A stretch of DNA of 54,965 nucleotides, the filler included, from Basidioascus undulatus (Eukaryota), in the NCBI GenBank assembly GCA_000826855.1. It is 3 parts of 3 records of this genome, joined end to end, with 100 filler letters (N's around TTAATTAATTAA, not from the genome) between each part and the next. Parts side by side here need not be neighbours in the genome. Positions count along the whole stretch, not along the records: positions 18,366 to 36,620 come from JTLS01000476.1; positions 36,721 to 54,965 come from JTLS01000477.1; 1 more part is not named here. The stretch is one strand, 5' to 3'. Under the pieces are notes generated by a model. It saw only the letters and a program-made list of their open reading frames with translations, made no database searches and was not told the origin of the DNA. Of the stretch, positions 25,161-37,027 are shown in pieces. The translations under genes and the position numbers were made by a program. The first letter of the stretch is position 1. Each line of letters begins with the position of its first letter.

Positions 25161-25289
25161 GATTGAAAGCAAATTTTTTTCCAATGTTTCCGGAACAAGG
25201 TAGGCATCTTCCTCCCAAATGAACCTCACCAACCGTGCATCGAACCGCTTCACCATTTCACGATGTCTGCGAGCTTTTAGGAGGCGACG

Positions 25290-26530
25290 CTGACCGACAA
25301 GAACTCATCAGGAGAATCAGATGCACCCTGATGAGGCAATACCAGGCATTAACAGGACTGTCAGGACTGTCAGTTTCTTGAGCGCCTGGATTTGCCTGAC
25401 AAAAGGACCAACCGTTATTGTCGGACGCGCAGTCAGTCTGATCCAGTCCTTGTCAGGCTCAATATCCGACGGACGCAACCGTTGTCAAACAGTTGCCAAC
25501 CTGAAAACAATTGGCTTGATAACGCCTGACCAGGCCTTGCCGGACTCAGTCAGACTGGAAAGAACTTCGGAAATCTTGGTATCCGGGGACTGGCGAGCCT
25601 TATTGAGCGAGATAATGCAATCTCTGTTGTAGGGTTAGGTGTCTTCATCATGCATCGGAAACACTACTGGCGGTACAAAGTGCGGCCTCCGTGCGGTTCT
25701 TGACCGTCCTCCCAGGCTACTCTAAGGAAGGGGAGCCATACGTACAATGTGTTTGAAATGACAACAAAAAAATCTGGAGAGGGAAAGGAACACCTGGCAC
25801 ACGCATGTGCCGTTGGCGCAAGGGACGGCAGGTCAGCGGTCGTTCAGGCAGCGGAAGATGGAGAGCTGGGGGTTTGTGGGTGCAATGAAAGATGTCAAAT
25901 TCTGAATACAGGGGAAGGACGTACAATACGGCTGGGTTAAAGGAGACTGATGCGGGAGTTGGCGGCTGCAACCGCAGACCCGCGTTCAAGTCATCAGGCG
26001 ACGCACCTAATTGCACGAGTACCATCTCACAATCACATTTTTCTGTGCCTGTGTGTGGGGTGGGCGATAGTTTCATATGAGTATGGGCCAGGTTGAGAGG
26101 ATTGGAGCTGAGATGGTGAGAGTGGAAGACAAGAGCGACAAGGATCGTGGGATCTTGCCTCTCATTCGCTTGGGTAGGGGTAGGGTTTCCCAACGTCGCT
26201 CCCCACTCTTCCTGCACTTTGAAACAGCGCACCAGCTGTGCAGTATAACTTTAAATCTGCTCGTAGATCACAAGTTATTGAACGTATCGGGCCTGAGTGA
26301 GCCAGAGAGTGCACAACACTGCCCAAAAGCGCCCAGCCGTGATTGCAGGCAATTGCAGACTGACGTTGCCGTTGCCAGGCGTTAGTCAGTCTACTTGTCC
26401 ATGGTTACGGAAAGCGCCACATTGCCAAAAACTTTCAGTCGGACAGCTGGTTTCCAGGAAATACCAGATTGTTGTCAGGCTGGATATCCTTGTAAGCCTG
26501 ACAAGGCACGTCCGATTTTCCTAGTTCATG
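25290..26530. mobile_element. Possible non-autonomous DNA transposon remnant with subterminal repeats at both ends
   Basis: Dense (T)TGTCAGG/CCTGACA(A) motifs and variants (TTGTCGGA, TTGCCAGG, AGTCAG) in both orientations at 25290-25560 and 26340-26525, not evident in the middle. No clean TIR, TSD or transposase recognised. Confidence 0.4.
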
Positions 26531-27559
26531 AAAGGTGAGAGACCTTGCGAGCCCCGGGGAGGGCGCATTTATTGGATCAAAGACTCGCTTACTGAAGCCG
26601 GTTATGGACTTAACATATTGGAAAATTTCCCCATCTAGGTAATCTATTCAAGCACGCTGGATCGAGTGTGCAGTCTGCCAGTGAGACTCAAGCCAATTGA
26701 AGATTCTGATTCTGAGTTCCGTTCCTTGGACGCTTTGGAGCTGGCAGAAGGCTTGAGTTTCAGTGGAGTATTAGGATTAGCACTGTTGAAGACGACTCTG
26801 CTTTCGAACAATGAAGAACGGACAGATTTGCGCTCCGACCCGAAATATCAATGTTCCCTTTCGCTCTCTACGGTCAAGTCTGAGCTTGGGCAAATGGTAT
26901 ATTTCTATGGTATGTTTGCTGACAGACCGGCAGTTTGGAAGCCCTATGCAGGGCGAGAGCAGGGCGCAGCAGTAGATGTCAGGGCGGTTGACAACCAGAC
27001 ACTTTCTTTTGAGCCGTTGAATTCGGAAACAATATTTTGGTCTACGGGTAGTCGGGCCAGTAGGTCTCGGCTGCTTCACCTGCGAACGCCAGCAGAGGTG
27101 TGCTGGCTGTACCGAGGAGAACGGACGGAGGACCTCGAGCGTATCCTTATCCTAACAGAAACGTCTGCAGGTTCTCTGAGAGGTTAATAAGAAGTTTTGA
27201 CATACAGAATGGGACAGAATGACTGTTTCATGGCCTTCGAGGTCAAAGTGACCTGCCCCACCGTGGACGACCTGAGGCTCTGAGGCAGTCAATGCACCGG
27301 GTTCTTATAGCTACAGTGGGTTCAAGCTTGGTAACATAAGTCTTCGCGGCGCTCATGTACACCGTGATCCTCACTGGACGCGGTCGAACGTCCGAAGCGG
27401 CCAATTCGAAAAGGTGCGTCCGCGCCTAGCACCAACCGCATACTTTAATCGAGCTGATACTGATTTCTCGCTCTTCCATGCCCTCTTTTCAGAGTACCTC
27501 ATACCCAAGTACCTCCCTTCCAGACGAACGGGCCACCCGCCGCTGCGTCTCCGCCTGCT

Positions 27560-28286
27560 CTCCTACCTCCGCCCGCCTCTTCCATACGACGTGCTCGGCG
27601 ACATCCTCCGGCTCACAGCCGAGGGGGACGTGAGCTTCTATGCCCAGCTTGGCGCGACCATGCCGAAACGACACGTCGCGGATTGGTTACGCCCACGAAC
27701 TGCGCGCTTACACTGGTGAGCCGTAGATGGAATGTATGTCGCTTGAAATTGGTGTCTGTTGCGTCGGGCATGGAAGGAGGCTGAGTATCAGCAGCGAGGC
27801 CGCATTTGATTCAAAGCGCATCGCGACGCCCTTGCTCTACCGGACCATCCTCATCGACAGCTCGCGCCGCATCGAAGCCCTTCTCAGTACCCTAGTCGGT
27901 GCCAAATCTCACGGCCACTTTCCCGGAGAATTCACCGGGCCGCAGTGATCGTAATCCAGATGACCTCAAGAGACCGCGCGTTCCTGCTCAATGAAACGCG
28001 CCTACATTCCGTCCTCGGCTTCTGCACCTCGCTGCAGGAGCTCCGCACCCTGCGGCGGGACGGCCAGGCGGCCGTCATCGGGTACCCGGAAATATTCACC
28101 GCCGTCGTGTCCAGCCTGGACACGCTCACGTCCTTCCGTATCGTCATGCACTCCCGCGACGTCGCCGCCGCGCTCCCCTTTCTTCGGTGCTTCAACAACC
28201 CAAACAGCTCGATATCAGCGTCTACCCGAGCAACAGGCCCCACATCTATTCTATGGAGCTTCCCTCTGTCGGGGACCAGCCTTTGA
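27560..28286 (+). pseudogene. F-box-like/LRR-type gene relic (paralog of 19567-20259)
   Basis: LPYDVLGDILRLTAEGDVSFYAQLGATMPKRHVA...KRIATPLLYRTILIDSSRRIEALLSTL...LHSVLGFCTSLQELRTL, spread over three ORFs with stops and frameshifts. Confidence 0.6.
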
Positions 28287-28319
28287 AGAGTCTCTGTAGC
28301 GCCGCTGTAAGGTCGGGGC

Positions 28320-28543
28320 TGGGCTGCGAGGCTTCAGCGGCATGAAACACAATGATGGCGGCACCGCACTGAATGATGACCAGAGAAGCCCGAGGGGCAG
28401 TGGCGTGAATGCAGATTCCAGCTCCGGGCGTCGAGGCGTTCATGACGCCAATGCAATACGTGAAGATTGGATGATAGTTGGTCAAGTGAAAGTGCGTCAA
28501 TGGCAGTCAGCGGGGAGAGTTGGTGCAGAATTCCGAGACGCAT
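28320..28543 (-). pseudogene. Truncated copy of an unknown gene (paralog of 32506-33139)
   Basis: HFHLTNYHPIFTYCIGVMNASTPGAGICIHATAPRASLVIIQCGAAIIVFHA aligns by eye with LLDLRHYYPIFMCSIGVINSSTPGAGLAVSVSSPMASVVVIHCRHATLVFHA. Frameshift after the ATG at 28543. Confidence 0.65.
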
Positions 28544-29629
28544 GACTGCTGATGGGGTGAAATAGAGATTGAAAGGAAGTATGAAAGAAATCGGTGGTGC
28601 TGGTGGATCAAAACGTGGATGGAAACGCCCGCCCCCGCCCGAGGGGAGGAAACCGTAAGATGAGCCGGAAACGCAACCAATTTGTACAGCTCCGTGGCTG
28701 TCATGCTCGTGAGATTGCTACAGCCACCGCCCAATTCCACCAATAACTCAATCAAGAATTTAAAAGAGCTGACCTGAATGTCTAGGGAAAATTCCAACCA
28801 TAATGCGGACCTTCGTGGTTCCGTGTCGGAACGCTTTGAATGGCCACACGCTCTTCGATCTCCATGCAGCATTCGACTCTCGAAGTGGTCCTTCATTGTC
28901 CTGGTAGACATCATAGTTATTAACTGAGTTTACCAATTCTGCTTAAGCACTCGATTCTGCGGGTGTCCTTGTGGGGCGTACATACAAAGATGTCGAAGCC
29001 GCAGCTGGCGGTCGTGCACTGGCATGAGCCAATCGTTCTCTAGAGAGTCTGACGCAAAAAGTAGTTCGGAGGGCCATTTTTGGCAGATGGGCTTTGTACT
29101 GGTAAGAAGCGCGACTGACTAACATGCTGAAGTTTCGTTTCGTGAGGCGTCAGAGCTTGGAGAAACCCAGCGCGGCACGAAGGTCTCAACAGTAAGGCAG
29201 CGAGATGGTCACATCGCTAGAAGAGTTCGTTGGAAGAGCCTGCTTCGGTCCTATGCTGCATTTCCAGTCACATCCTTCCCCAGCCAAGCCTTCTCACGTC
29301 CATACGGCAAGGGAAGCACTTACCTACCGAGCCTGGTGACTGTTCTGATATTGTTTCTTTCTTGCTCAAGCTCTCCCCTTGCTCGTCAACATACCATTAC
29401 CATACAATTGCCCAGCCCAGTAGAAGTTTGAATAAAAAAAGATCCCCAGCGCTTTGGGCATATATCTCCGCCTCCTCGTGTGCGCCAAAGACGCATCGAT
29501 ATCCGAAACATGCCATGAGAAGCACGGAGCCCCTGTTGTTGCTTGAATTTGAACCATGACCACTCCTATCAGCCTTCTATATCCCTGTTCGCTACAATAC
29601 TCACCTATAATACCCTGCATCCACAAAAT

Positions 29630-29716
29630 ATGCATGTTCCCGAGCCCCCATTCGACGTCCAGTAGCTCATCGTCGAGCAAGTCGCTCACTCGCGACATTC
29701 CTCGCCTGCGGCCGCA
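29630..29716 (+). pseudogene. 87-bp 5' fragment of an F-box-like gene (inverted copy of 35614-35700)
   Basis: MHVPEPPFDVQ*LIVEQVAHSRHSSPAAA; about 9 mismatches in 87 nt versus the reverse complement of 35614-35700. Confidence 0.75.
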
Positions 29717-30449
29717 TTTTTGAAAGACTGCGATGTAATCGGTGCATGCAGTCTGCACATTCTGACTGGCAGGCACGACTCACCAATGTTTTCCGCAACT
29801 CTTTCACAGCTCGAAGAATGTGGTATTTCTCGATTGATGGGCGCGGACCAAGTCTGTAATCGTAAGAGACGTAACGGTTAGCCTTCCTGGCTTCCCCCAC
29901 AACCGTGGCACACAGGTCGGCAAGCTCTGATCCGGGGCATGTAATTTTACTCGGACGCTCGCATCCGCAGTACTCTCAGGTTGAAGGTTCTGTTACAGAA
30001 GTTTATTATGGCGCTGTGGTGCCGGTCGAAGAAGAGGAGCAGCGGAGTCGGTTGGTTGTTGGCCTGCAGCGGTCGGCGGTCCTGCCAACGGCTGCTTGCC
30101 TGCCGCTGCCTCGTATACACCTCGTCCTCCTTGGTCCTCTTTGCCTTATCTGCACTTGAACACGGGTCCTCTACGACACGGTCTTTCGAGGAAGACTGCA
30201 TGTTGCAACTCGCAGTTGTCGCGCTGCTTTCGGATGTCAACGTGAGGCAGTGTGCTCACCGCCCGAAATTGTACTGTACTTGAGAGTACACCATCTTGGC
30301 ACCGCACGGTATCGCTGCTGCGTAGCGTCGGCGACGTTGGACTGGACTCCTTATGCTCCTCGCCCTCGCAATGCCCGCTGCACTCGCACCCACCCGCACC
30401 CACACCCACCTTCCTTGCACTCTCACCACCGCCATACACTCCTTAGCCA

Positions 30450-31881
30450 ATGTACATCCCCCGCCATCGTCGGCCGCTCCTCTCCCTCGCCTTCCTCCTC
30501 CTCCTCGCCTCGACGGGCGCCTTCCTCTACCTGACCTGGCGCCCGCCCTACGAGCTCTACGCGCGCATCACCGACGCCGAGGCGCGCAGTGCAGTGGAAG
30601 CCCACCCGCCGGAGGAAGCGCGCGGGGAGGGCAGGCGGTACGTCAAGTTCAAGCAGCTGCGGGGGGCGGGGTTCAACAACCAGGTGCGCTCTTTCGCCTT
30701 CCCCTATCGCAATGCTGGAACGGCGGAGACTGATGTGAGGAGGATGGGGTGGATGAAAGGTCCAAGAGATCCTCCTCCTGCACCACCTCGCGCACCAGAC
30801 GAACCGGACATACGCGTACTACCCGCTCGTCTGGCGCTCGCGCTCTGAGCACTCTTATGTGCCCCTCTCGGCGTTCCTCCGCGGCGCGACGGAGGACGCC
30901 ATCCCCGAGGCACACTTTGACGCGGTGTGCTCCGAGCAGGAGACGCACCGCGCGCGAGTGTGGGCGGGCGGGACGACGTTTGGCGGGGCGTGGGAGCACG
31001 CGAGGAGATTGCTCGAGGGGCAGGAGAGATGCGTGGTGGTCGAGGACTGGTTGACGAATTGGAAGTGAGTTTCATATTTCCCTTGGTTTCTAAAGCGTTG
31101 GGAGATGTTATTGACGGAGGGTCATGGCAGCTTCCTGGCCTCCCCGGCGGTCGATGGCATCTGGCCCGAATTCAAGCAATACTTGCACAAGCATTTTGCC
31201 TGGTCGGACAAGACATACGCGATCGCCGCGCGTGCCTTCACCGCCCTAAACCTGCGGAGCTCGCCCGACGACACCATCGGCGAACCGTACATTGCGATCC
31301 ACCTCCGGCGAGGTGCGTCTTCCCGTCTCCCCTCCCCATTTTCCTTTCCTCGCCCGAACTGACGCTTCATCCTGCTGAGTTGGGAAGGCGACTTCGCGGA
31401 CCACTGCGACTCCCTCGCCTCTCTCCAAAAACAATTCACGACCTGGGCGCGGCTCTCCTTCCTCGCCCCGTCCATCCTCCCCCCCGCGCTCCTCCCCTCC
31501 TCCGCGCCCTCCGTTCTCTCGCACTGCTACCCCTCCCTCCCGCGCCTTCTCTCCTCCCTGCGGGCATACGCCTCCCAACATCCAGACGTGAAGACCCTCT
31601 TCATCGCACACGACGCCTCCTGGCAGCGCCCGCACGTCTACCCGTTCATCTGGGAGCTGGCGGCGAGCGCGAAGAAGGAGGGGCTGTTCGAGCGGGTGGT
31701 TCATAGCGCGGAGGTGCCCATTAGGCGGGGAGAGTGGGATTGGGGGCCCGCGGTGGATATGGAGATTGCAAGGTGGGCGGAGGCGTTTGTGGGGAATGGG
31801 TATAGTAGTCTGACGAGTCAGGTGATTGCGCTGAGGTTGGGCGCGGATGGGGGGAGGAGGGAGGATACGGGGCTTTATTAG
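30450..31881 (+). CDS. GDP-fucose protein O-fucosyltransferase family (O-FucT-like) type II membrane glycosyltransferase, 4 exons
   Basis: N-terminal signal anchor LLSLAFLLLLASTGAFLYL; GAGFNNQ|VQEILLLHHLA (GxxNQ motif); YIAIHLRRG|DF; LFIAHD; VDMEIARWAEAFVGNGYSSLT. Stop at 31879-31881. Confidence 0.88.
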
Positions 31882-32068
31882 ATGGGTACTGGGTGGTGGG
31901 AATTATTATACCCTTGTTTTGAGTTGCTTGGGGATAGGTGCTTGCGGGGACAGCTGCAAGGGCGGAGGTATCGCTGGCCGGCTCCTTTGAGCGTGGCCCA
32001 CTATCCTCATTCTCTATCGCTGTTCGCTGAGCTACACGTAGGCCTCCTCAACGCTTCACAGACAAAGT

Positions 32069-32145
32069 ATGTCTGATCTTGAGTTCTCATCCGACGTCCT
32101 GCGGCTCATCGTCGAGCAAGTCGCTCGCGAGCGGCACATCTTTCT
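32069..32145 (+). pseudogene. 5' fragment of an F-box-like gene (third copy of the 29630/35700 family)
   Basis: MSDLEFSSDVLRLIVEQVARERH; shares GACGTCCTGCGGCTCATCGTCGAGCAAGTCGCTCGC with the other two copies. Confidence 0.65.
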
Positions 32146-32505
32146 TCAGGGGGAAGGACCCATACATACGCATCTCCAAAAGAAACCTGAACGACCAAGA
32201 AGCTGTGGGGACCACGACATTAGCTCGGTGGCAACTCTGTCTGGGCGGGGACTACAAGGTGGTGAAATCCAGGACATTGAAATGGCTGAACGAGCGAAGG
32301 AAATTAACCTGAAAACATAAAAGGTTTTTGTTCCGTTTGCGGGCATGAGTGTGGGTATGAAAGCTACCGCTTGGTACCGTCTCATTCGGCCGTCGGTTTC
32401 CTTGGGGTTCCGCAGACGAGCCGTTTCCATCCACCGTAATGCTCCACTTCTCTCCTCTTACCTTCGTCTCATCACCCCAATCTTGCTCCTCATTTATACC
32501 CAGTC

Positions 32506-33139
32506 ATGCCTTTCAGCATCCAGCACCTAGGGGCGACTCACGCCCGCTCACTGTTATCCCAAATGACACCCTACTCGACTTGCGGCATTATTACCCGATA
32601 TTCATGTGCAGCATCGGCGTGATCAACTCGTCCACTCCCGGCGCGGGGTTGGCCGTCTCTGTATCTAGCCCGATGGCCTCTGTGGTCGTAATCCATTGTC
32701 GGCACGCCACTCTCGTGTTCCATGCCAATCACCGCTGGGAACTCCGGGAAACGATCTGGTGGTGGCACTTGAAAGGCTCTCGATCGGATCCGCCGGCGTC
32801 GAGAATGACGCCATGTCCTTTGTGAAAGCGCGAGCGCCTGCTCTTGCGACGCAGTCCATGATCACCTTCCTCGTCGATTCCCTTGCGGGAAGCGGTCATA
32901 CACCCATTATTTGTCGAGACTCATTGTCGATCGATACAGGCACCGTGGTCTGCGTGTCCACCGAGGGCCTTGTCACACTGATCGAAAATTCGTCTCAACT
33001 TCTGCCTCTGTACTGGTTCCACGACAACGTGGGGAGACATGATCATCATAACTCGAGTCCTTTCGGTCCTTCTCAACGACGAATGCACACCCTGGCTGCA
33101 GTACGACCTGGGCCGCTATACGCCGCACCCAGCCATTGA
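32506..33139 (+). pseudogene. Unknown intronless gene with frameshifts (paralog of 28320-28543)
   Basis: ATG at 32506; protein-like sequence is spread over three frames (MPFSIQH / PLTVIPNDTLLDLRHYYPIF...VFHAN / PLGTPGNDLVVALERL...LPLYWFHDN). Confidence 0.55.
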
Positions 33140-33650
33140 TGACAACATGTGTCTTCTCTTTACTTCTTGGAGACGTCGAGAGCCCCTTGCCGCGCGTTGA
33201 AGGTCCTGGCGGAGCTGGCAACCAGTTTCGGAGCAAGGAGGCTGCGCCGCCCTCGCACACAGATTTGGAGGCCGCCGCGGCCAGAATCAAAGCGTCTCTG
33301 GATGCCTTTGGCAATCTCAGCCATGTCTGTGGGTAGGTGGCTCGCTTGACGTGCCAGCTGTGCTCTGGTGCGGCTTACTGCGGACTGGCACACCAGAAGG
33401 AAAGTTGGCCGCGGCACAAAAAGGTGCACCTCCTGGTTAGCCTTGATTGAGGCCGAGCTGACTTAAGTCCTCCCCTCTTGAAGTAGTGCAGCGGTGGCAA
33501 GTTCTTTGTCCCTCGCGAATTCTTCGAGGACACCCCGCTTAGCGTCAAACGCAGCCCTAGCACGGCCCTGGTTGTACGTATTGATAGTGCAAAACGCTCG
33601 TTCTCGTACATAGGACATAGCACCTCCTTATCAGGCCAGGTCAGCAGATG
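33140..33650 (+). pseudogene. MYND zinc-finger gene pseudogene
   Basis: NLSHVCG*VARLTCQLCSGAAYCGLAHQKESWPRHKK|C (the intron gtgcac...gctgac...gtag supplies the last Cys) matches MYND CxxC..CxxC....YC...HQ...W..HK..C. The first Cys reads Ser and an in-frame TAG lies at 33334-33336. Confidence 0.8.
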
Positions 33651-34749
33651 AGCTGTCTCGTCGAGAAGGATATGCACTTCGTGTCCCTTAGATACCGACA
33701 GGACCGCCGCTGTCGAATCAGTAGCAGGCAGTGGCCTGGGTGCCCAGCCCCCGTCGAAGTTCCCAGTGCCCAGGCTGAGAGCGCTACAAGGTAGAGTCCT
33801 AAGGGCCCCTCCAGTACCTCAGCTCGCATCGAAGGCTACTGCGTTGAGACTTTACGGGCTTCTATCTTCGCCATCCTGCAGACAGCAGGCAGCGCAATAG
33901 GGCGGACAGCCTAGCGAGGGCCGTGTACCTTCCTACTCCAAGAGGGGAGGGAGCCAGGGCCCCGCGCGGAGGAGCGTCATTTAGGCGCTAAAGATGTGTG
34001 TTTGAGAATTGGCGAACGGACAATGAACCTGGCCACCGCTGTGCAAGGCGCATCGGTCTTGGGACATGCAGGATTAGGGCTGTAACGTGTTGAGACCGCA
34101 ATGAAGTAACCAACGATGTTTGCCTCAGATTGTCGCTTTGCATGAACTTGGTGTCGACTTAATGACCGGGTTGAGCAGTCAGGTTTCTGAGAATCTCATT
34201 GTTACTCAACTTGTCCGAAGACTAGAGGATAAAGCTTACTAGGGCAGTTTAAGCTGCTTCATACAGCTATACACTGGGTATACTCCGTCGTTCTTTGGTT
34301 CGTGCTGGTGGCCTTGCGGACCAGTAAAAAGTGTGCTTGCTCATGGACTAGTGCCTGTCCCCTCCCTTCACTGGAATGTGCCTGCATTATTCTCCACATT
34401 CACTGCCTCCAAAAGAAATCTAATGGTGTAATAAACTAAGAGTGTACACCTTATGTATTGCATCGTCGAAGCGGGATTGCGCAGTCATGGCAGTCATCCT
34501 CCATGCCGTTCCTGCCGAGCAGTGCTCCCAGTCTGTCTCATTCTCCCAAAGTCATTTCTACATGGTGGTCCTGTCTGGCGCTCCGAGACGCATCGGCCTG
34601 ATGCATCGCTGCCATCACAGTCACAGCGTGTATGCCAAAGGCAGCGATCATCGCAGCAAGCAACAGGATCATCCATGAAGATCTGATCCCTACATTAACC
34701 ACGCTAGCCGAACCTAACATCCCGAACATGTTCAACCACCTACAACCAG

Positions 34750-35700
34750 CTCACGTGTCCTCCATGTCCCAAAGTGTGCCCTCAACCATCCGGTCTCGAA
34801 GCCATATCCAGGAATCCTTCTTCGGAAGCACCACAGTTACTACCACCGCCGCGTGCCGCATGTCTTCCCTCAAGAAACGATTGAAATCGATCCCGAAGGC
34901 GTCTATAGACTTCGGCGCACACATCCGGCCGGAACTTGATAACGAGTTTATTGAGCGCGGGAGCAGGCTTGACAAAGTATGAACACTTGGTTATGAATGG
35001 GAAGCCGGCAGAGACTTCAGCTGCGAAAGCGATATGCGAGAGGTGAGGTATGCCGAGTGTGTACTCAGCAGGGCCTATGTCAGCCAGTGTAACCGAGCTC
35101 AACACCAGGCGGGTGACGCTGGATATTCGAAGTGCGCCACGCCAGTGGACCAGTGGAAGCGGAAAGGAAGAAGGGAAGTACAACCTCTCTGACACTGGGC
35201 GGCAGTTCGAGGGGATAACAGTCGCCCGGCAGAGGCGGGTGAGCTTTCCAAACCTCTTTTTGGGCGACTCCGTGCAGAGACATGCTTGTGAATTTTTTGC
35301 CATGCTGTCCCGGCGCCTTGCCGTAGCGTGTCGAAGCAAAGAGCGTGTAGAACATTATGCTCAGTGTGGTGACCGGGCTCTCTTGGGGGAACACGGATGT
35401 CTCGGGAAGGTGGAGCGAATGTGTAGCCCCAAGAAGGCGCGGGTTCTGTTGAATGGCGCGGAGGAGCGTGGAAAAGCGGTGCGCGCTTGCGTCCCGGGAG
35501 TTGCCTCAGGTTGAGTTCCTCAGATCGATCGAAGCGTAGAGCACCGTTGAGGAGATCTTGTTGACTGAAAGCGATACCAAGCAGAGAGAGGTTAGAGTCA
35601 GAGTGGCGTCCTTTGCGGCCGCAGGCGAGGAATGTCGCGAGCGAGCGACTTGCTCGAGGATGAGCCGCAGGGCGTCGAATGGGAGCTCAGGAACAGGCAT
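34750..35700 (-). pseudogene. F-box-like/LRR-type gene with premature stop
   Basis: MPVPELPFDALRLILEQVARSRH...LTSLCLVSLSVNKISSTVLYASIDL then in-frame TGA (35506-35508), continuing FSTLLRAIQQNPRLLGATHSLHL and LRR-like VTRLVL / HLSHIAF / ALNKLVI segments. 3' limit approximate. Confidence 0.7.
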
Positions 35701-36620
35701 CCTCTTCAGCGAGTGTGAAGTGGGTCGTTCTGGATGAGCTATGTCAAGGAACTGTGAAAAGGTGGAGAGGAAGGCGGCGGATGGGTGGTCGTGGTTCAAG
35801 TTAAGAGGCAACGAGAGAGAGCGCTATGCGCCTTTCTCGATAGACCGGAATGCGCCTCTCCATTCGCGATTAGTTCGCCGGTTATGTATGTACCTATATG
35901 CGGAAAGCAGGCCGACACGTATGAAAAAGGCAATAGCTCGAACAGCTAGACTACAACACCCACCGAGCAACAGAAGAGAAGACTTCCGTCGTGAAGCACT
36001 GCAGTCTCGAAGAGCACATGGGTCGGAAGCAATATCGAATCGACATAGGGCTCGGATACCTGTGCAGACCTGAGAATGGAAAGATATCTCAGCTGTCTGA
36101 TCATTCAAGCCCTGGCGAAAGCTCAGAGCATCCGGATTGCGATTCCGGTTCAGTCGCACATAGCGGGGGTACATGAGGCGGAAGGGGACATGCTGCACCC
36201 ACTGTGATCGAAGGTCGCATTCAGCAGGGAAAGCGACGTTGTCGGGGTGCTTATGGAAGCAGGGATAAATCGAACGGGGCATGAACGCGAGCACCGACGA
36301 AGATATGAACATCAGTGGTGAGCATACGAGACGGAGGCGTAACATGAGTCTGAACACAGGCGGTGAGGTCTATGAGCGACTAGCGAGCTCTCGGTGCGTG
36401 CTGCAAAGTGCATGTGATGCGATAACGAGCGACAAAAACACGAAATCCAGTCTCCCGTCCTGCTCTCCTCGAACTCAGATCAGCCTCGAACCATCCCACT
36501 AAGAGCAGGCTACGACACACCTCTACAACATCCGAAGCTTCTTCGGCCTCGTCCCGCCCCTGACCAAGCGCGTGTGGTCGCTGATGACGCGCATGCGTTC
36601 CCTCACCTCCCTCCCCTCGC

Positions 36621-36720
36621 NNNNNNNNNNNNNNNNNNNNNNNNNNNNNNNNNNNNNNNNNNNNTTAATTAATTAANNNNNNNNNNNNNNNNNNNNNNNN
36701 NNNNNNNNNNNNNNNNNNNN
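36621..36720. other. Artificial assembly gap/linker
   Basis: 44 N + TTAATTAATTAA + 44 N, identical to the first linker. Confidence 0.99.
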
Positions 36721-37027
36721 CCTCCCCTGCCTCGCGCGCGCCTACCTGATCTGTACCTTTAGCTAGTACATATACGCATTGCTTGCATTCCGAGTTGTGC
36801 ATTGTCTGTTCCGCTTCGAAGGTTGGCTGCTGTTTCATTCGGTGTCGCTGTGGGATGACGCTCGTCCGTCTGTTGAATTGCAAGGATGGCTAAAGCGGGT
36901 GACTGCTTGTGGTTAATGTTCGCCATCACAGAAACTGTGGACGGAATGCTTAGGCCAGCTGCATCCTGTTCATCGGAAGCTCCTTAAAGTGCGTCTAGTG
37001 ACGCTCCAGCAATGAGTCTGGCGATGT

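Noticed and set aside
25328..25345. Hammerhead ribozyme core CTGATGAG (also ~14491)
   Set aside because: No stem II followed by GAAA; at 25328 it is one arm of an inverted repeat.
26666..27187. 173-aa ORF after the putative transposon
   Set aside because: Non-ATG start and no recognisable domain; cannot be supported without a search.
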